Assembly: GCF_963921235.1 (NCBI RefSeq)
Contig: NC_086097.1
Location: forward strand, 76,386,001 to 76,450,000
DNA length: 64,000 nt
Direction: 5' to 3'
From: Mobula hypostoma
Lineage: Eukaryota
Shown here: positions 49,388 to 63,596 of the stretch, piece after piece
Layout of the letters: every line of letters starts with the position of its first letter
Position numbering within the stretch: the first letter of the stretch is position 1
Program-made: the position numbers and the translations under genes
Notes under the pieces: model-generated
Database searches by the model: none
What the model was told of the DNA's origin: nothing
The model's input: only the letters and a program-made list of their open reading frames with translations

Positions 49388-52300
49388 ATCGAAGCTTCGC
49401 TTAGATGTCTGGCAAAATTATTTCAGCTGATTCATGAGCAGGACTTATTTTGGTCAGCTCGTTTGATGATATTACTTGCAGAAAGCCTACTGCTGCACAG
49501 GGCCTTGCTGTTTTTGATCAGAGCTGTTTGGGCAGCCAGTCAATGGAGGTAGACCTGGAAAAGATAAATTTAAGCTTACCACTTAAATAAGGAATGAATT
49601 CTGCTGGCTTACTGCTGGCTGGACGTTCTCATCCACTGTCTATATGCAAGTTAATGTTAAAACACACTTCATAATTAAAATAAATTTAAAGCACATTTTA
49701 TGTTGATGTATTTAGTTTTTCCTCAGTGATAAGGTATTGCAATTCTCATCTGAACCACCAGAGGGAGGACCACAAAGTGAGGGAACTCATGACAAAGAGC
49801 ACAGTATGGCACAGAGTGACTTTAAGATACTTTAACTATACATTATTTCAACATGCACAGTAATCTAAGTAAAATTATTTCAGTTGCAAATGAAATTCTA
49901 AAATAATTCATTAAGTTAAAGTACCAAAACTCAGGAAAGTATTTTAACATAAAATATCTACAAACGTAGAAGTGAAATTTCTGGCAGTTTAAGTTTTTTT
50001 CACCTTGTAAGGAAATCCTCAGTTCATCTCTACTACAGAAACACCAGTTAAATCCCTCATGTAAACCTCTGACCTCCATTATTTTGTGTCAACGGGAGCT
50101 ATTAGGCTCGGCAAAACAATAATAGCCAAAGACTATTTATGCAAAAAAAAAAGCCCCTTGATCAGTATCCAGCTTGCAAAAGAATATTTCTTTTTTCTGG
50201 GATTCCGTATGTATTTCTCTGAAGGAGAAAGTAGATAAAAGTTTCCTTTTGGAAAAATAAACTGAAAATATAGTACCTTTATATTACTTAAGTAAAATAA
50301 AGGCATTTCTTCTGATTTGACATAAGATATTGGAGCTAGAGTAAAACTACACGGTCTCTCATGCCTGATCTGATATTGAGTAAGATGAAGCACAGCTTCA
50401 TTTTCCACCTGGTCTAAAATCCTCTAACACTTACAACGTCTAAAACCCTTACCTATTTCAGAGTTGAAAGCATTCAGTATTTTAACCTCCACAGATCTCT
50501 TGACAACGAATCCCATCAGACATACAACCTTTTGTGAGACTTTCCTGAGACTATGACCCTATGTTCTGGATTCACCCTTCAGAGGACACATCCCCTCAGC
50601 AGCAACCCTTCAAACTATCCCAGGAACCTATACTTTTCAAGACAAGTAATGATTCAAAACATCTTGTTGATGACATGGACCTGAATATCCATCACTATTC
50701 TAGCACACATTTGTGGATCTACGAAATTAGGAGAAAATCTGGATATGTCAGGTACAGCACTTGTCACTGTGCTCCCATTTGATACTGCAAGGGTGATACT
50801 TGGGGTCAATATGGTAATTTAATTTTCTTTCTAGCTGCTGGGAAGTGAATTTAACTTGGCAAACTACCGCTGCCAGAGATCCTGATTGATTGTAACTTTG
50901 TGATACTGTTGATTTTCAATCAAAAGTTAATTGTGATGAAATATTTTCAAAAATGATTTCATAATGTTGCTCTGGCCATCAGCCAAACAATGCTTGTAAA
51001 TGATGTACTTTAGATTCTTACACACGCCCAAATTATTGTGCAGTTCTCCAATTATGGAAGCCAAGTCCAGAGACATTACTGTGATGCACTTATAAATTTA
51101 ACCCTTAAGTTGAATAAGCCCCTAATCAGCTACCAAAATTGGCATTAAAAGAGGCACAAGTTAAGTCTCTCTTTTTTGATTTGGGAAGATTTCTTTGGAC
51201 TTTCCTAGTGCCAGAAGGAGAGATCAGACCTCCCTCCCTACAGGCTTGGCATTTTGTCACTTCTCACTCATTCCTCTTTTTGAGAACCACTTTCATACTA
51301 AAGAGCAAGCTGCTTCTTTCTATCCCTGGCTATTTCAGGTAAGAGAACATTACTTTCAAAGGTGTGGCTTATACTCTGATGATCCAGATGAATCATCACC
51401 AGGTAAAGCAAAAAGAGCCACATTAGAAAATGCTCATTTATTCTTCCTAAACACTGAGGGTAAAGCTATACTCTTAAAACCTGTTTTTCCATTATGCACA
51501 TCAGGTTCAGGTAACCTCTGTGACTGAATTTGTCACACTGAATCCAGTGGCCTGCCTCCATTAAAAACTTGGTTGAAACTCTATTCGTGAACGATCCTTG
51601 CAAATTCTGACCTTCTATTCTGAACACTTTGGAGCTACCACTCAGGTAATGAAAGAATATGACTAATTGTATATATTTTGCAGCCTCATGAAGAGCAAGT
51701 TGTGAAGTGATGTTCACACTGAAACAATAATGAAAACATTATTCATAAGATAGTTCCAAACAATTGCTTAAAAAATTGGGAAATATTCTTGAGAAAACTA
51801 CGGGACAACATGATACAGATGTGATAAAGAACAGAGAGATCTTTTATTAAGAGCCTTACTGAAAATATAACAAATCTTTATTCTGACCCCTTTGACCATG
51901 AATCCCCACTCTACCCCATGTGAATGCTAGTCTCATGGCCTTATTCATCTAAGTAGTTTATTATCACCTCTTACCCTAGAAATCTTAATCAGTAGTGACA
52001 TTGAGTATTACATCCCAAAAAAATGCAACAAATAATGGTGAAGTTTTGTTGTGAATATATTGTATGTACTTTGATTAAATGAAATTGTTGGTATCTTTTG
52101 CACTAAAAGCCTCTGAAAAATCCTGTCAAATTATTGATGATTTTTCAAATCCATGAAAAGCTATACTTTGTGTTCAGAATTGCTCTATCCCTCAGATTTG
52201 AGGAAAAGAACAGCAAAAGTGTGAAGGAAGAGAGTATGAATGATACCAAATGGTCTATAAAATAAGAGATTATAGATTTCTTCACATATGCAATGCTCTA

Positions 52301-54344
52301 GAAGACCATGGAACTGAGCAGCAGCGCATGAATTCTGATGGTACCAGCCATGAATTTGCACTCTCATTCTGTGGAAGAAGAGACTTGTCACTGTTAGTTA
52401 AGAGAACTTAGATGAACTTTTACCTTAGTAATAAATAACAGGCAATCACAGGTGACCAAATTTACACTGTTAAATCAGCAGCGCTTCACTGTATTAAATA
52501 CAGTAAGTCAGCGGTGCCTTATTAAGGCAAGCATTTCATTACATATCCTTCCCTAAGGACTCACTACATCACACACATCACAACAAGTAAATACTGAGCT
52601 ATTAGCTGTAGGCAGATTTCCTCCTAATATTGAAAGCCATTGAAAGACTCCATACGGCCATTCTCTTGACTACATTAACAGAAAAGTTTTTCATTTTCTT
52701 AATGCTCAGCTAGTTTGTGATGTGCATCACCCATATTGCATGCTATTCCAGAAGTTGCCAGGATTGTGTTGTTCCTTTTCAGTGCCTTCTATGTCTATGA
52801 AATATAATAATAGCTTAATTAACCAAATAAAACAACAATGTTCCTGGCAGACCGCTCAGTAATTACATACCATTTCAAATATCACAAATGACCCTGAGCC
52901 ACCCTCGCTCATGTATAATTAGAAACAGTCAGTAAAATGAAGGATAGCATGCTACATGTATAATAATTGAACATATTAACTCTGCTCTAGTGTGTGGACA
53001 GGATGAATGGAGACCAACTAAACAGTCCAGCAATTCTGTCTGAGATTATAAAAGCAGATAACTTGCTATTCAAAAGGGATCATTCTTTTCAATAGATGGT
53101 AGCAAGAGAAAAAGCAGATACAATGAAAAGTTTGGCTTGGAGCAAGAGGAGGCACACAGGAGGTTGCACCTTCAACTAATCCAAGTTAGTCAACATAACT
53201 TTAGAACTTACAGCTTTAGTTCATACTTGATTAACTTAATTGATTTATTTGTAAGTATATTATTCTATTATTTATTTCTAGGACACAGGCATCATTGGCA
53301 ACATCAATACTCATTCCCCAATCCTGTGCTCGTCATCTCTAATATATATAAAGATGGTCTTGAACTCCCAATTTATCTCAAAGAGGCCTTTGCACTTCAC
53401 CTACTTGCATTGCACTTTCTCTGCAACTGCAACACGAGATCCTGCAGTATTTTCTTTTTGCTACCCCAATGTAATAATGTTTGCCACGATCTGTCTGGAT
53501 GAGATGAAAAACAAAAGCTTTTCACTGTATCTCGGTACACATGACAATAGTAAACCAATTTCGGTGTCCAGAGTAAAATAGTGATGTCAAATGCACTGCT
53601 AGTGGTTCATGGTCACATTAAGATAGATGGAAAGGTGGTACATATCCTTCTTTAAAGAATATTAGACCAGATGGATTCTACAATCTGTTATTTTCTTGGT
53701 TGTATGGATTCTTGTTTTCTTTTCAGATTTATTTAAGAAACTGAATTTAAACTGCCACGGTGGGATTGAATTCATGCTCATTTGAATCCAGATTTATTAG
53801 TCTGGGTTTCCAGATTATTGGTGCAGTAGTATAATTATTATGCTACCATAGCACACGAAGTAAAGGGCAATCCTTGCTGATTATGGAATTATTGTATATT
53901 GTTTATTTGGAGAGATATTTAACATTGGTCCTTAAAATAGACAAGTGGCAATGGTCTAACTTCATGGAATCAATGGGAATCTATTAACATGCATTCACCA
54001 ATAACTGGTTAATACGGCCATTTACCTGAGGAGCACCACAAAGTTTACTGAGTTCCAGATTTCCTGTGAATGGGAGATTGATGTACATGATATTTGTTAT
54101 GTATGAGTCTGCTCTCTACCGCCACCTCCCCCCCCCAACGCAAATGCACTGAGTAGTATAACTATGCCCTACTCAAACTAAACAGACCAAGGAAGGATAA
54201 ACTTTTGTCATTTTAGTCCAACCATACTTCTGGTAATGTGATTAATACTTGTTATTTCTAACCCAATTATGCTTTTGTTATTATTAAAAATTATTACAAA
54301 TGTTGATTCTTTTTCTTAGAGCCTTTAAGTGCTGTTGGAAATTT

Positions 54345-54523
54345 AAACAATGCAGAATTTGAATAACACACACAAAATGCTGGAGGAACTCAGCAGGCCA
54401 GACAGCATCTATGTAGAAGAATAACCAGTCGACACTTCGGGCAAAGACCCTTCATCAGGACTGGTGAAGGATCCTGATGAAGGATCTCAGCCCGAAACAT
54501 CCACTGTTTACTCTATTCCATAG
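54345..54523. mobile_element. Penelope fold-back mini-element, right arm truncated
   Basis: Inverted arms meet at cccttcatcaggact...atcctgatgaagg. Confidence 0.7.
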
Positions 54524-54524
54524 G

Positions 54525-55190
54525 TATTATGTCAATGCTGACTTTGGTGCTTTGTGGGAAGGGGACCCACTCTCGGGTTCTCACGACTGGGCAGCATTTG
54601 ATATGCCAAGCACATGGCCTGGAAGACTAGCATGTCTTCAGGGTTCCGGGATTTCATGGCTCTGGAGGTGGACGAACTTGAGTTTAGTGCCACTGCAGAA
54701 ATCTGGTGTGTTGTGGGAGATGGAAGATCGAAAGCAGTGAACTGGCTGCTGGCTGTGTGCCCAGAGACCCAAATTCTTTAGGCACAGAGCTCAGAACAAG
54801 CAATGCAACAGACTTTTAACATCATAAATCAGCGAGCTGTTTCTTATGTCTCCCCTCTCACTGTGAAACAGGGACACCTCTTTTTCCCTTATTAGGGAGA
54901 GAGAGAGAGCCTGCGGTATGACGAATTACTGGTGAAAGAGTAGTCTTTGGGGTACTGCAAATCTGTGTGTTTATTGATGCTTTGCTGCACGCTTGAGTGC
55001 TCGGTGGGGGGCACTGATGCTTTTTTTGCTGGTGGGGGAGGGAGGTTGTTGTTTTGCTGCTGCTTATACGTGGGAGGGGGGAGCTGGGGGGGACTTTGAG
55101 GCATTCCTCTGTTTTCATGGATGGTTGCAAAGAAAAAGAATTTCAGGACGTATATTGTATACATTTCTCTGACATTAAATGTACCTATTG
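54525..55190 (+). mobile_element. Non-autonomous retroelement with a Rex/L2-type 3' tail
   Basis: GC-richer non-coding body ending aagaatttcagg...tgtatacatttctctgacattaaatg. Family uncertain. Confidence 0.45.
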
Positions 55191-55999
55191 TACGTTTTAA
55201 TCTAACCTAAGATCTATCTAACCCTTCCCTCCCATATAGTGCTTTATTTTCTTTCATTTAACTAGCAAAGGGATCTCCTGTCCCCTTCTATCTCTTCTAT
55301 TTCCATTCTTAATCTTCTTCCTAGCTATCCTCTAACTGTCCTGTAAACAATTAAATTACATATTCAGACAGAGATATAATATAAAGATTTTTACTTCTCA
55401 TGCACGTGAAGGATGTAAGAAATAAAGTCAATTCAAATCAATGAATGATAGAAAATGGAGCACTATAGGGGAGGGAAGGGCTAGATAGATCTTAGGTTAA
55501 ATTAAAGGATTGACACAACACAGTGGGCTGAAGAACCGGTACTGTACTATACTATTCTATGTTCTGTGTTCTACAGTTATCCAACTTAACCTATAATCTT
55601 CATCAACCTTAGTCCTACCTTGCAAACTATTGTATTAAATTGAACTCAGAATTATTCAATCCACTAGTAAAGTTCCTCAAGATAATTTTGAATTGATTTA
55701 TGATCCCTATTAACTACCGTGTCTAATTTGTTACCATTCCAGTGTTTGTGAGCAACCTGTGCTAAATGAGAAAGAAAATTACGAACTCTTCTTCATGCCA
55801 CCCCATACTTCCCTCGGACTTTTTCATGATTCTGCTATACCTTAGCTCAAAACATTGGAAAATAAGTATGATATTTCAACCTTATAAAATCAATGGCAAT
55901 CTTATCTTATTTATCTGTAATTAAATACATTTTCAGTTTGTTGCTACCATGATCTAAAAAACGGGCACTTGAATCTTGCCTCTTAAACCTTAAGCATGC

Positions 56000-57000
56000 T
56001 TCTTTCTTTCTCTTGACTAGATGTTCTACATCTTTTGTCAACTATGGTTCCTTCACCCAACCGTTCTTTCCCTGCTTCAATAGGACAAACCTATCCAGAA
56101 TCCCATGCATGTGCTCCAAGAACAAACTCCACATTTCAATTGTGCATTTCCCTGACTCCTGTCTACATATTATGTCAAGGCTACATCTTGGACATATCTA
56201 ACAAGTTCTGTCCATATACACCTTTTGCATTAAGGAGGTGCCAATCAATATTAGAGAAGTTGAAATCACTCATTATAACAAAGCTATTATTTTTACACCT
56301 TTCCCAAATCTGCTCCTCAGTGTTTCTGTCGTTATTGGAATGTCTACAGAACTGCCCCACGGCCCCATCCTCAAGCCCCTGTCAAATTAGTTTGAACCTT
56401 TCCCAATAGCTAAAACAAACCTGCCTGCAAGGACATTGGTCCTCCTTGAGTTCAGGTGTAACCCATCCATTTTGTAGTGGTCCTACTCTCCCCAGAAGCG
56501 ATCCCAATGATCCACAAGTCTGAAACCCTGCTTCCCACACCAATTCTTCAGCTACATATTCAACAGCCAAATCATCCTAAAGCAATCCAGAGATCACTAC
56601 CCTTGGGTTCTGGTCTTTAACCTCCTATCTAGCTCCCTATATTCCCAGTTCAGGATCTCATCCCTTTTCCCCACCCATGTTGTTGGTACCAATATGTACC
56701 ATGGCTTCCTGCTGTTCACCCTCCCGCTTTAGAATGCTGTGGTACCAATCTGAGACATTCCTGACCCTGATACCCAAGTTTCTTTCATGTCCACAAAATG
56801 TCTGTTCTCCTAACTATTGAATCCCCTATCACCACTGTATTGCTCTTCTTCTTCACCACCTCCTCCCACCCCCCATCCCTTCTGAGCCACAGAGCCATAT
56901 TCAGTGCCAAAGACTGGTCGCTCAGGCTCTCCCCTGATAGGCCCCCCTCTCCTGACGGTATTCAAAGCGGTATACTTGCTATTGAGGGGAAAGGCCACAC
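56000..57000 (-). mobile_element. Degenerate CR1 fragment (ORF1/ORF2 junction region)
   Basis: cccctgtcaaattagtttgaacc (GLN* junction), cccatgttgttggtaccaatatg (HIGTN) and gaatcccctatcac (VIGDS). Confidence 0.65.
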
Positions 57001-57749
57001 ATAAACTATCTTTCTGATCTCAAAACTAGAAGGAAATATTCGGATTTCAGTATGACTAAAAATTATCAGAACAGTGTGCCTAGGCTTTTACTTAAAACAG
57101 AAAGAATGTTGGGCTGTGGAGCAAGGGATATAAATCCAGAGAGGTAATTTAAAACTGTATTTGGCCCTGGTGTAACCACATATGGAGAGTTGCGTGCAAA
57201 TTTGGTCTCACTATTTATAAAAGTATATTCATTTATTGGAGGAAGTACAGAAAAAATGTTGTTTCCAGAACCCCAGGAAATGATGTATGGGAAAAGTTAA
57301 CCATCCTGTGTTCTTTCTCCTCTGGAAAGAAAAGGATGAGAACAGTTATGTTAGAAATGTTTAAAACTAGAAGAGCTTTGAAAATAGATCAGAGCAAGAC
57401 TTCCTGCTAAGCACAGATTTTAAACATGAGCTACATTTTCAACTGTAAAAGTAACAAAAGAAAACAGCAAACAGCGGTAAGCTGTAGTTCAAGTTAGGGT
57501 CATACAGCTATACATCATGGAAACAGGCCGTGCATCCCAACTCATCCAAGCCGACTAGGGCACCTACCTGAGCCAGTCCTATTTGTTTGCATTTGGGCCT
57601 GTGTCCCCCTAAACTTTTCCTGTCCAGTTGGAGCGGTGAAACAAGAAATTCCGATAAAAGGATCGAGGAACAAAACAGATCCTTGTCAATATATGGGGCA
57701 TGTGGTCAAGCACTGCAACAAGAGTTGTAGTCACCTAAAACACTTGAAA

Positions 57750-58050
57750 ATTTCTACAGATGTACTGTGGAGAGCATTCTAACTGGCTGCATCGCCATCT
57801 GGTATGGCGGGGGGTGGGGGGTAGTGGGTTTACTGCACAGTAAGCTGCAGAGTGTTGTAAACTTAGTCAGCTCCTTCATGCACACCAGCTTCCGTAATAT
57901 CCAGGACATCATCAATGATTGGTGCCTCAGAAAGTTGGCAATTGACAGGATTTCTTTTCTCTCTATTATCATGTATTGCATTGTAGTGCTGCTGCAAAGT
58001 TAACAATTTTCACTACATATGCTGGTGATATTAAACCTGATTCTGATTAT
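57750..58050 (+). mobile_element. Deleted Rex/Babar 3' fragment
   Basis: ESILTGCIAIWYGG...LQSVVNLVS, with a taaacctgattctga tail. Confidence 0.7.
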
Positions 58051-59533
58051 GATGTGGTAAGTTGGACTTCTGTCCCCATTTACAATATACTGAACCAGGT
58101 AGTACTGGTGAGGACATCTATTTAACACTACAGTGTGCTACTTTTTAACTAAAATAGTAACTTCTTCTGAAAATAAACACTAAAAATATGGTGTTGCATG
58201 AACATTTTACCAGCCTCTATTGTGATGAGTGGGTTACCCACTCATTTCATGCTGGAAGTGCACAATCCATCACCTTGGTGAGATAAAGGAGTGCTTTGGA
58301 CCCAAAATGGTGTTAGACTTTTTGCTTAATCTGCACAACAATGAAATAAGTGTTTCATTTTCCTTTCTTGAAAATGGTTTGCTGTGAACATGCCAATGGA
58401 GGACAAGCTACACTCAGTACAAATAAATTCACATACCATTTGTAAAAATTCCACTGAATATTCTGAGAAGCAGCTGAAAGTCTATGACAGTACTGAAGTC
58501 CAAAATGGGTCCTATTCCCCCCTCCATAAAAAATATGTTGCCATTATCAGTGATACAAGAACCTCACATTGAAATTGGAGTCAGTGGTGACCTACCTGGC
58601 AGGGCTCAGCAGACAGACGGTCCCAGTTTGTTAATCTCTTGTAAATGAATTTCAGAGTTGGGTTTGTCTTGAACTTACCTGTTCTGGTGCCAAAATTATT
58701 TGCTATATTTCCATGTTAGAGCAACCAATTTCTAAACTGTCAATGTGAAATGCCAATGATTGTCATTACTCAGCATCATGTTGCTAACTATATTTCATTT
58801 TGAAACACAGGGCAAACTTTTGCATAAGTATGCTGGTATTTAATGAACTCTTTAGGAGGATCAATATTTTAAGATGATACCCAAATAACACAATGAGACT
58901 TAAATGGTATTGGCATCCACACCAGCATACTTTTACTGAGTTATATTTGACTGCTAAATACACCTTTTTCTCAATGTAACAAGGTAGAAAGAGAATATTG
59001 ATCTTTGGTGCATTTTTTGGGTCCACTTTTAGTGTATCAGCAGCTCAAGATACATCATCTTCCTTAATTCACAACTTCATCTCAATATCTCATGAAAGCC
59101 TAAATTTAAGTAATTCCAAAAGAGAAAAGGCTTTGAGATTTAAAGTGCACACAAAATGCTGGAGGAACTGAGCAGGTCAGGCAGTATCCATGGAGAGGAA
59201 TAAACCGATGAGACCCTTCGTCAGAATTGTATATGTGTTACGCTGGATTTTCTATAACTGCAGAATCTCCTGGTTTTTAAAATTTAAAACATGTTTTTAA
59301 ACAGTCCATCCTCAGTAAGAACCTCATTTTAGCTCACCAGTCAGACTTTATTGCTATTGTAAGTTCTGGCACAATGAAAGGATCCCGTAGTCAGAGAGCA
59401 CATGCATCTCTTTTGAGAGGTTCTGAAATACCTGTAATCAGTGGCCAGCTAACTTAGTGTCAGCAACAGAGCAGCTCCTAGAGAGATGCTTCCAAATAAG
59501 TATGTTTATTAAAACCAAGTAGAGTTTTATTTT

Positions 59534-60519
59534 CGCAAACACAAGGAATTCTGCAGATGCTGGAAATTCAAGCAACACACATCAAAGTTGCTGGTGAACG
59601 CAGCAGGTCAGGCAGCATCTCTAGGAAGACGTACAGGTCGACGTTTCGGGCCAAGACCCTTCGTCAGGACTAACTGAAAGAAGAGCTAGTAAGAGATTTG
59701 AAAGTGGGAGGGGGAGGGGGAGATCCAAAATGATAGGAGAAGACTGGAGGGGGAGGGATGGAGCCAAGAGCTGGACAGTTGATTGGCAAAAATTGTTCCT
59801 CCAACCTGAGTGTGGCTTCATCTTTACTGTAGAGGAGATCCTATGGGTGATATACTGCGTCCAGTGCTCCCGATGTGGCCTTCTATATATTGGCGAGAAC
59901 CGACGCAGACTGGGATGCTCTGTCCGCCAGAGAAAGCAGGATGTCCCAGTGGCCACACATTTTAATTCCATGTCCCATTCCCATTCTGATATGTCTATCC
60001 ACGGCCTCCTCTACTGTAAAGATGAAGCCACACTCAGATTGGAGGAACAACACCTTATATTCCGTCTGGGTAGCCTCCAACCTGATGGCATGAACACTGA
60101 CTTCTCAAACTTCCGCTAATGCCCCACCTCCTCCTCGTACCCCATCCGTTATTTATTTTTATACACACATTCTTTTTCTTTATCTCTCTCTCCTTTTTCT
60201 CCCTCTGTCCCTCTCACTATATCCCTTGCCCATCCTTTGGGTCTTTCCCCCCCCGACCCCCTTTTCTTTCTCCCTAGGCCTCCTGTCCTATGATCCTCTC
60301 ATATACCTTTTGTCAATCAACTGTCCAGCTCTTGGCTCCATCCCTCCCCCTCCTGTCTTCTCCTATCATTTCGGATCTCCCCTCCCCCTCCCACTTTCAA
60401 ATCTAGCTCTTCCTTCAGTTAGTCCTGACGAAGGGTCTTGGCCCAAGACGTCGACTGTACCTCTCCCTCTAGATGCTGCCTGGCCTGCTGCGTTCACCAG
60501 CAACTTTAATGTGTGTTGC
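59534..60519 (+). mobile_element. Penelope-like element: GIY-YIG endonuclease C-terminus between inverted terminal repeats, 14-bp TSD
   Basis: VIYCVQCSRCGLLYIGE...PVATHFN...LEEQHLIFRLGSLQPDGMN. About 220-bp inverted arms (59571-59790 and 60308-60520). TSD TAGAGTTTTATTTT. Confidence 0.9.
59636..59671 (-). ncRNA. Minimal hammerhead ribozyme motif (sense to the FMN1 pre-mRNA)
   Basis: Minus strand AGTC-CTGACGA-A-GGG-tcttgg-CCC-GAAA-CG-TC-GACC. Confidence 0.65.
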
Positions 60520-63500
60520 TAGAGTTTTATTTTATTATCTTAAGAAATATCAACATTTTGGAATTTTATCAAACATAAACCATTTTAAATGCGATATTGG
60601 AAAAGCATAGTATACAAATTTATTGAGGTGTTTTCTGAGAACTTTTTAACAAAATGACATGAAGGGTTGCTTCAGAGTGAGGCTTTATTTGTAGTATCAT
60701 AGGTAATGAGACAAACCACATATTCAAGGTAAACAGGGAATATGACATCGTTACCACCAAAACACAGAACACAAGAGCAAGAAGTTCTAATCAAACAAGG
60801 TTTAATTGCTAGGTATTAGTTGGAGCACTGCAGGCAGTTCTGGCAACAACATTGCACGAAATATGTGAATGGAATAAAAAGCAGCTTTGCAAAGATAATG
60901 TCAGCTCTGGAAAATTTTAGCCATAAGAAAAGATTCCAGAGGGTTTGAAACATAAAAGGTTGGGGGAAATACTTAAAATGAGATGTATAAAATTATATGG
61001 GGTCTAAAAACACTTACAAAGGGCTATTTTTTCATTGCATATGTCAGGAACAAGATTTAGACTGAAAGTAATTGATATGTTACAGGAGAGGAGAGGAAAA
61101 ACTCTCAGTGCAGTGAAGATCTAAAATTCCTTCATCATGATAATGACAACACATCAATCTACTCCTCCCTCACTTGATTCATTCCCAGAACTGTAGATCA
61201 GGCAGGGATGCTCTAGCTGGCCAACTTCAACATTTTTGCAAACAATGCACTACCTCTGTGGTTATACTGCTATTTCCACCTTAGCAAATGACTAATTTTG
61301 CCCATTCCTTCTGTTTAGTAGTTTTAATAGCTTTATAAGTTTCTTTTAAGTCAAGCCACACAAGAGAAATCCCCATTGGTGTTAATATGTGGCTCTTTTT
61401 TTTTGAGGGCCCTGTGGATTAAGCTACGTAAGAGGGGTACTTTCTCCAGACTGTGAAGGCATTTTGTCAACGAAAGTAGTCACTTTGTCCACCATAACAT
61501 TGTGGGTGCTGTGATTATTTTAATTTTCAAAATAAACAGCAGCAGTACATATAAACATTTTTGACAGGAAACTTGCATCCTCCCCCGTGTAGAAGTCACA
61601 GGCAAAGTGAATACGTTAATCACAAAAGCTACAAAAAAAAGTAAGGGAGGGCTTTTGCAGAGGTGATCATATCCTATGGTTGAATTAAAACAAAATCTTC
61701 TGGAAGGAATTAAAATTACATATATTTTTAACCCTATAGTCTTTGGTACAATATTTTCACACAGCGACAAAATCAGAGCAACATCCTAATTTCCTGAAGG
61801 AGGATCCCCCTAGGCACATGACATTAAAACTTCTTTACGAGGGAACACACAAGCCTGGAGGAAAAGATGCCTTTTGAATTGATTGGTTTGCTTTATTTAA
61901 ATTTGGAACTTCACAAAATCCAACATGAAATGCTTGTTTGGGTTTATCAGTCATGGACTTCACCTTGCCAGACAGGCAGTAATGTAGATAAAATGTATAA
62001 ACGTATGTCACAGTATCCAAGACATGTTTTTAATTGGTTACAGGAGGCTTGATATTAACCTGAAACTAGGATTCCTAATAGAGGGGAAAATGAAACAAAA
62101 ACTTATGCTTTCATCTTGAACTCCTGTCTTCATGTCCTCCCTCGACCGAGGAATTTTAAGTCTTTTGTGGATACCTACCTTTAAATGCCCACCCCTACTT
62201 AAGTGTAGACTGATAATGTGACACATTTCCCATTCAATCAGTCAGTAGGCTCCTTGCGCAGGTCCAGTCAAACAAGAGCTTAACAGAAACTAATAAATTC
62301 AACCTTGCAATTGAAAAACACTTCAAAAGCACAAAGGTGCAAAACTCACAGCACACCATTCCTACTACCTTAAGCCATGACTGGGAGAACACTTACTAAT
62401 GCTAATTTATGAGTAGGTTTGTCCTGTAAGCTCAAATATATTAGAAACAAGATTAAACAGAGACACAAGCGTCTGCAGATGAAACTGTTCCAATTAATTT
62501 CAACTTGTACTCTTGCTGATGGCAAATACAAGGACTTCTAACACAGTTTCCCAAGTTGTTAATCAGATTCCACAACTTTGCATTTTGCGACGCACAATTT
62601 ATAACTGCATGAAGAATCAGCTTCTCAGATTCAGAAAAAAATCAGTTTTATTAATAAGATTAAGTCACATCATGCTATTTTACCATTTCTGTCTCTCTCT
62701 CTCCATTGGTATTGCCTGACCTAATGATCATTTTCAACATTTTCTGTTTTAGTATTGAACTACTCCAAGATGGTTTATCTACTTAGGAAGTTCATTGTGC
62801 TTTAGAAACTAATTAGCATGGTTGCGTATGTCACTAATCCAATAAATCTTTAATGGTACAAGTGAAAAAAGCTGTGAAAAATGCTGCAAGTACCAAGGAA
62901 CTGAATGAAGTGTGGCACAAACGTCACAACCTTTTTCCACCTGAAACTCTCTTTCCTTGACAGAACTCATAATAGGTGGCCTGTACTGGGATTCCTATCT
63001 TGAACATGAGAATATCATGGCTTGTCCAAAGTAGCCAACTGACGAAGCTGGTTTTCATTTTTCTGCAGCGAATTGAGAGAATTTTGCAGAGACAGAACTG
63101 GTGGTATTCTTACAGAGCCTTGATGTGTCTGCTATATGCACCTCAGAATGCATTTCACTTTCAGTACATAGCCAACTTTTTCCACAATTCTAATAATGCA
63201 GACAAAAGGAATACTTTGCCAGTGTTTTTGAATATTTAAATGTTTCAATCATCTTTTAGACTTGTTGTCCGTTATTCACTTACCCTGCAGTTTAAGAAAA
63301 TTGACTAATACTTTCCATGTCAAAGGTAACTTAGTATCTGGCAAGTATAAATTCAGAAGGGAATTAAAATTTCTTATTTTGGGAAATCTTCACTTCTTTA
63401 CATTTAAAATTTCTCTTTTTATTTTGAGCCTTAATTCTAAAATCAGTGAATTGCATATTGTCATTGTGGAATATTACCTGGCTAGATTTCTTCATAGTAC

Positions 63501-63596
63501 AGCAGCTACATACTAAGATCTATTGAGTAAGGATACACAGTCTTAAAAATGCAATTTCTCTGTAAATGAAAGCAGTGGTCCACATATGAAAAGCTG

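Noticed and set aside
58678..58735. Strong minus-strand donor (CAG|gtaag) with a nearby AG as a possible exon
   Set aside because: All three frames contain stops and there is no formin similarity.
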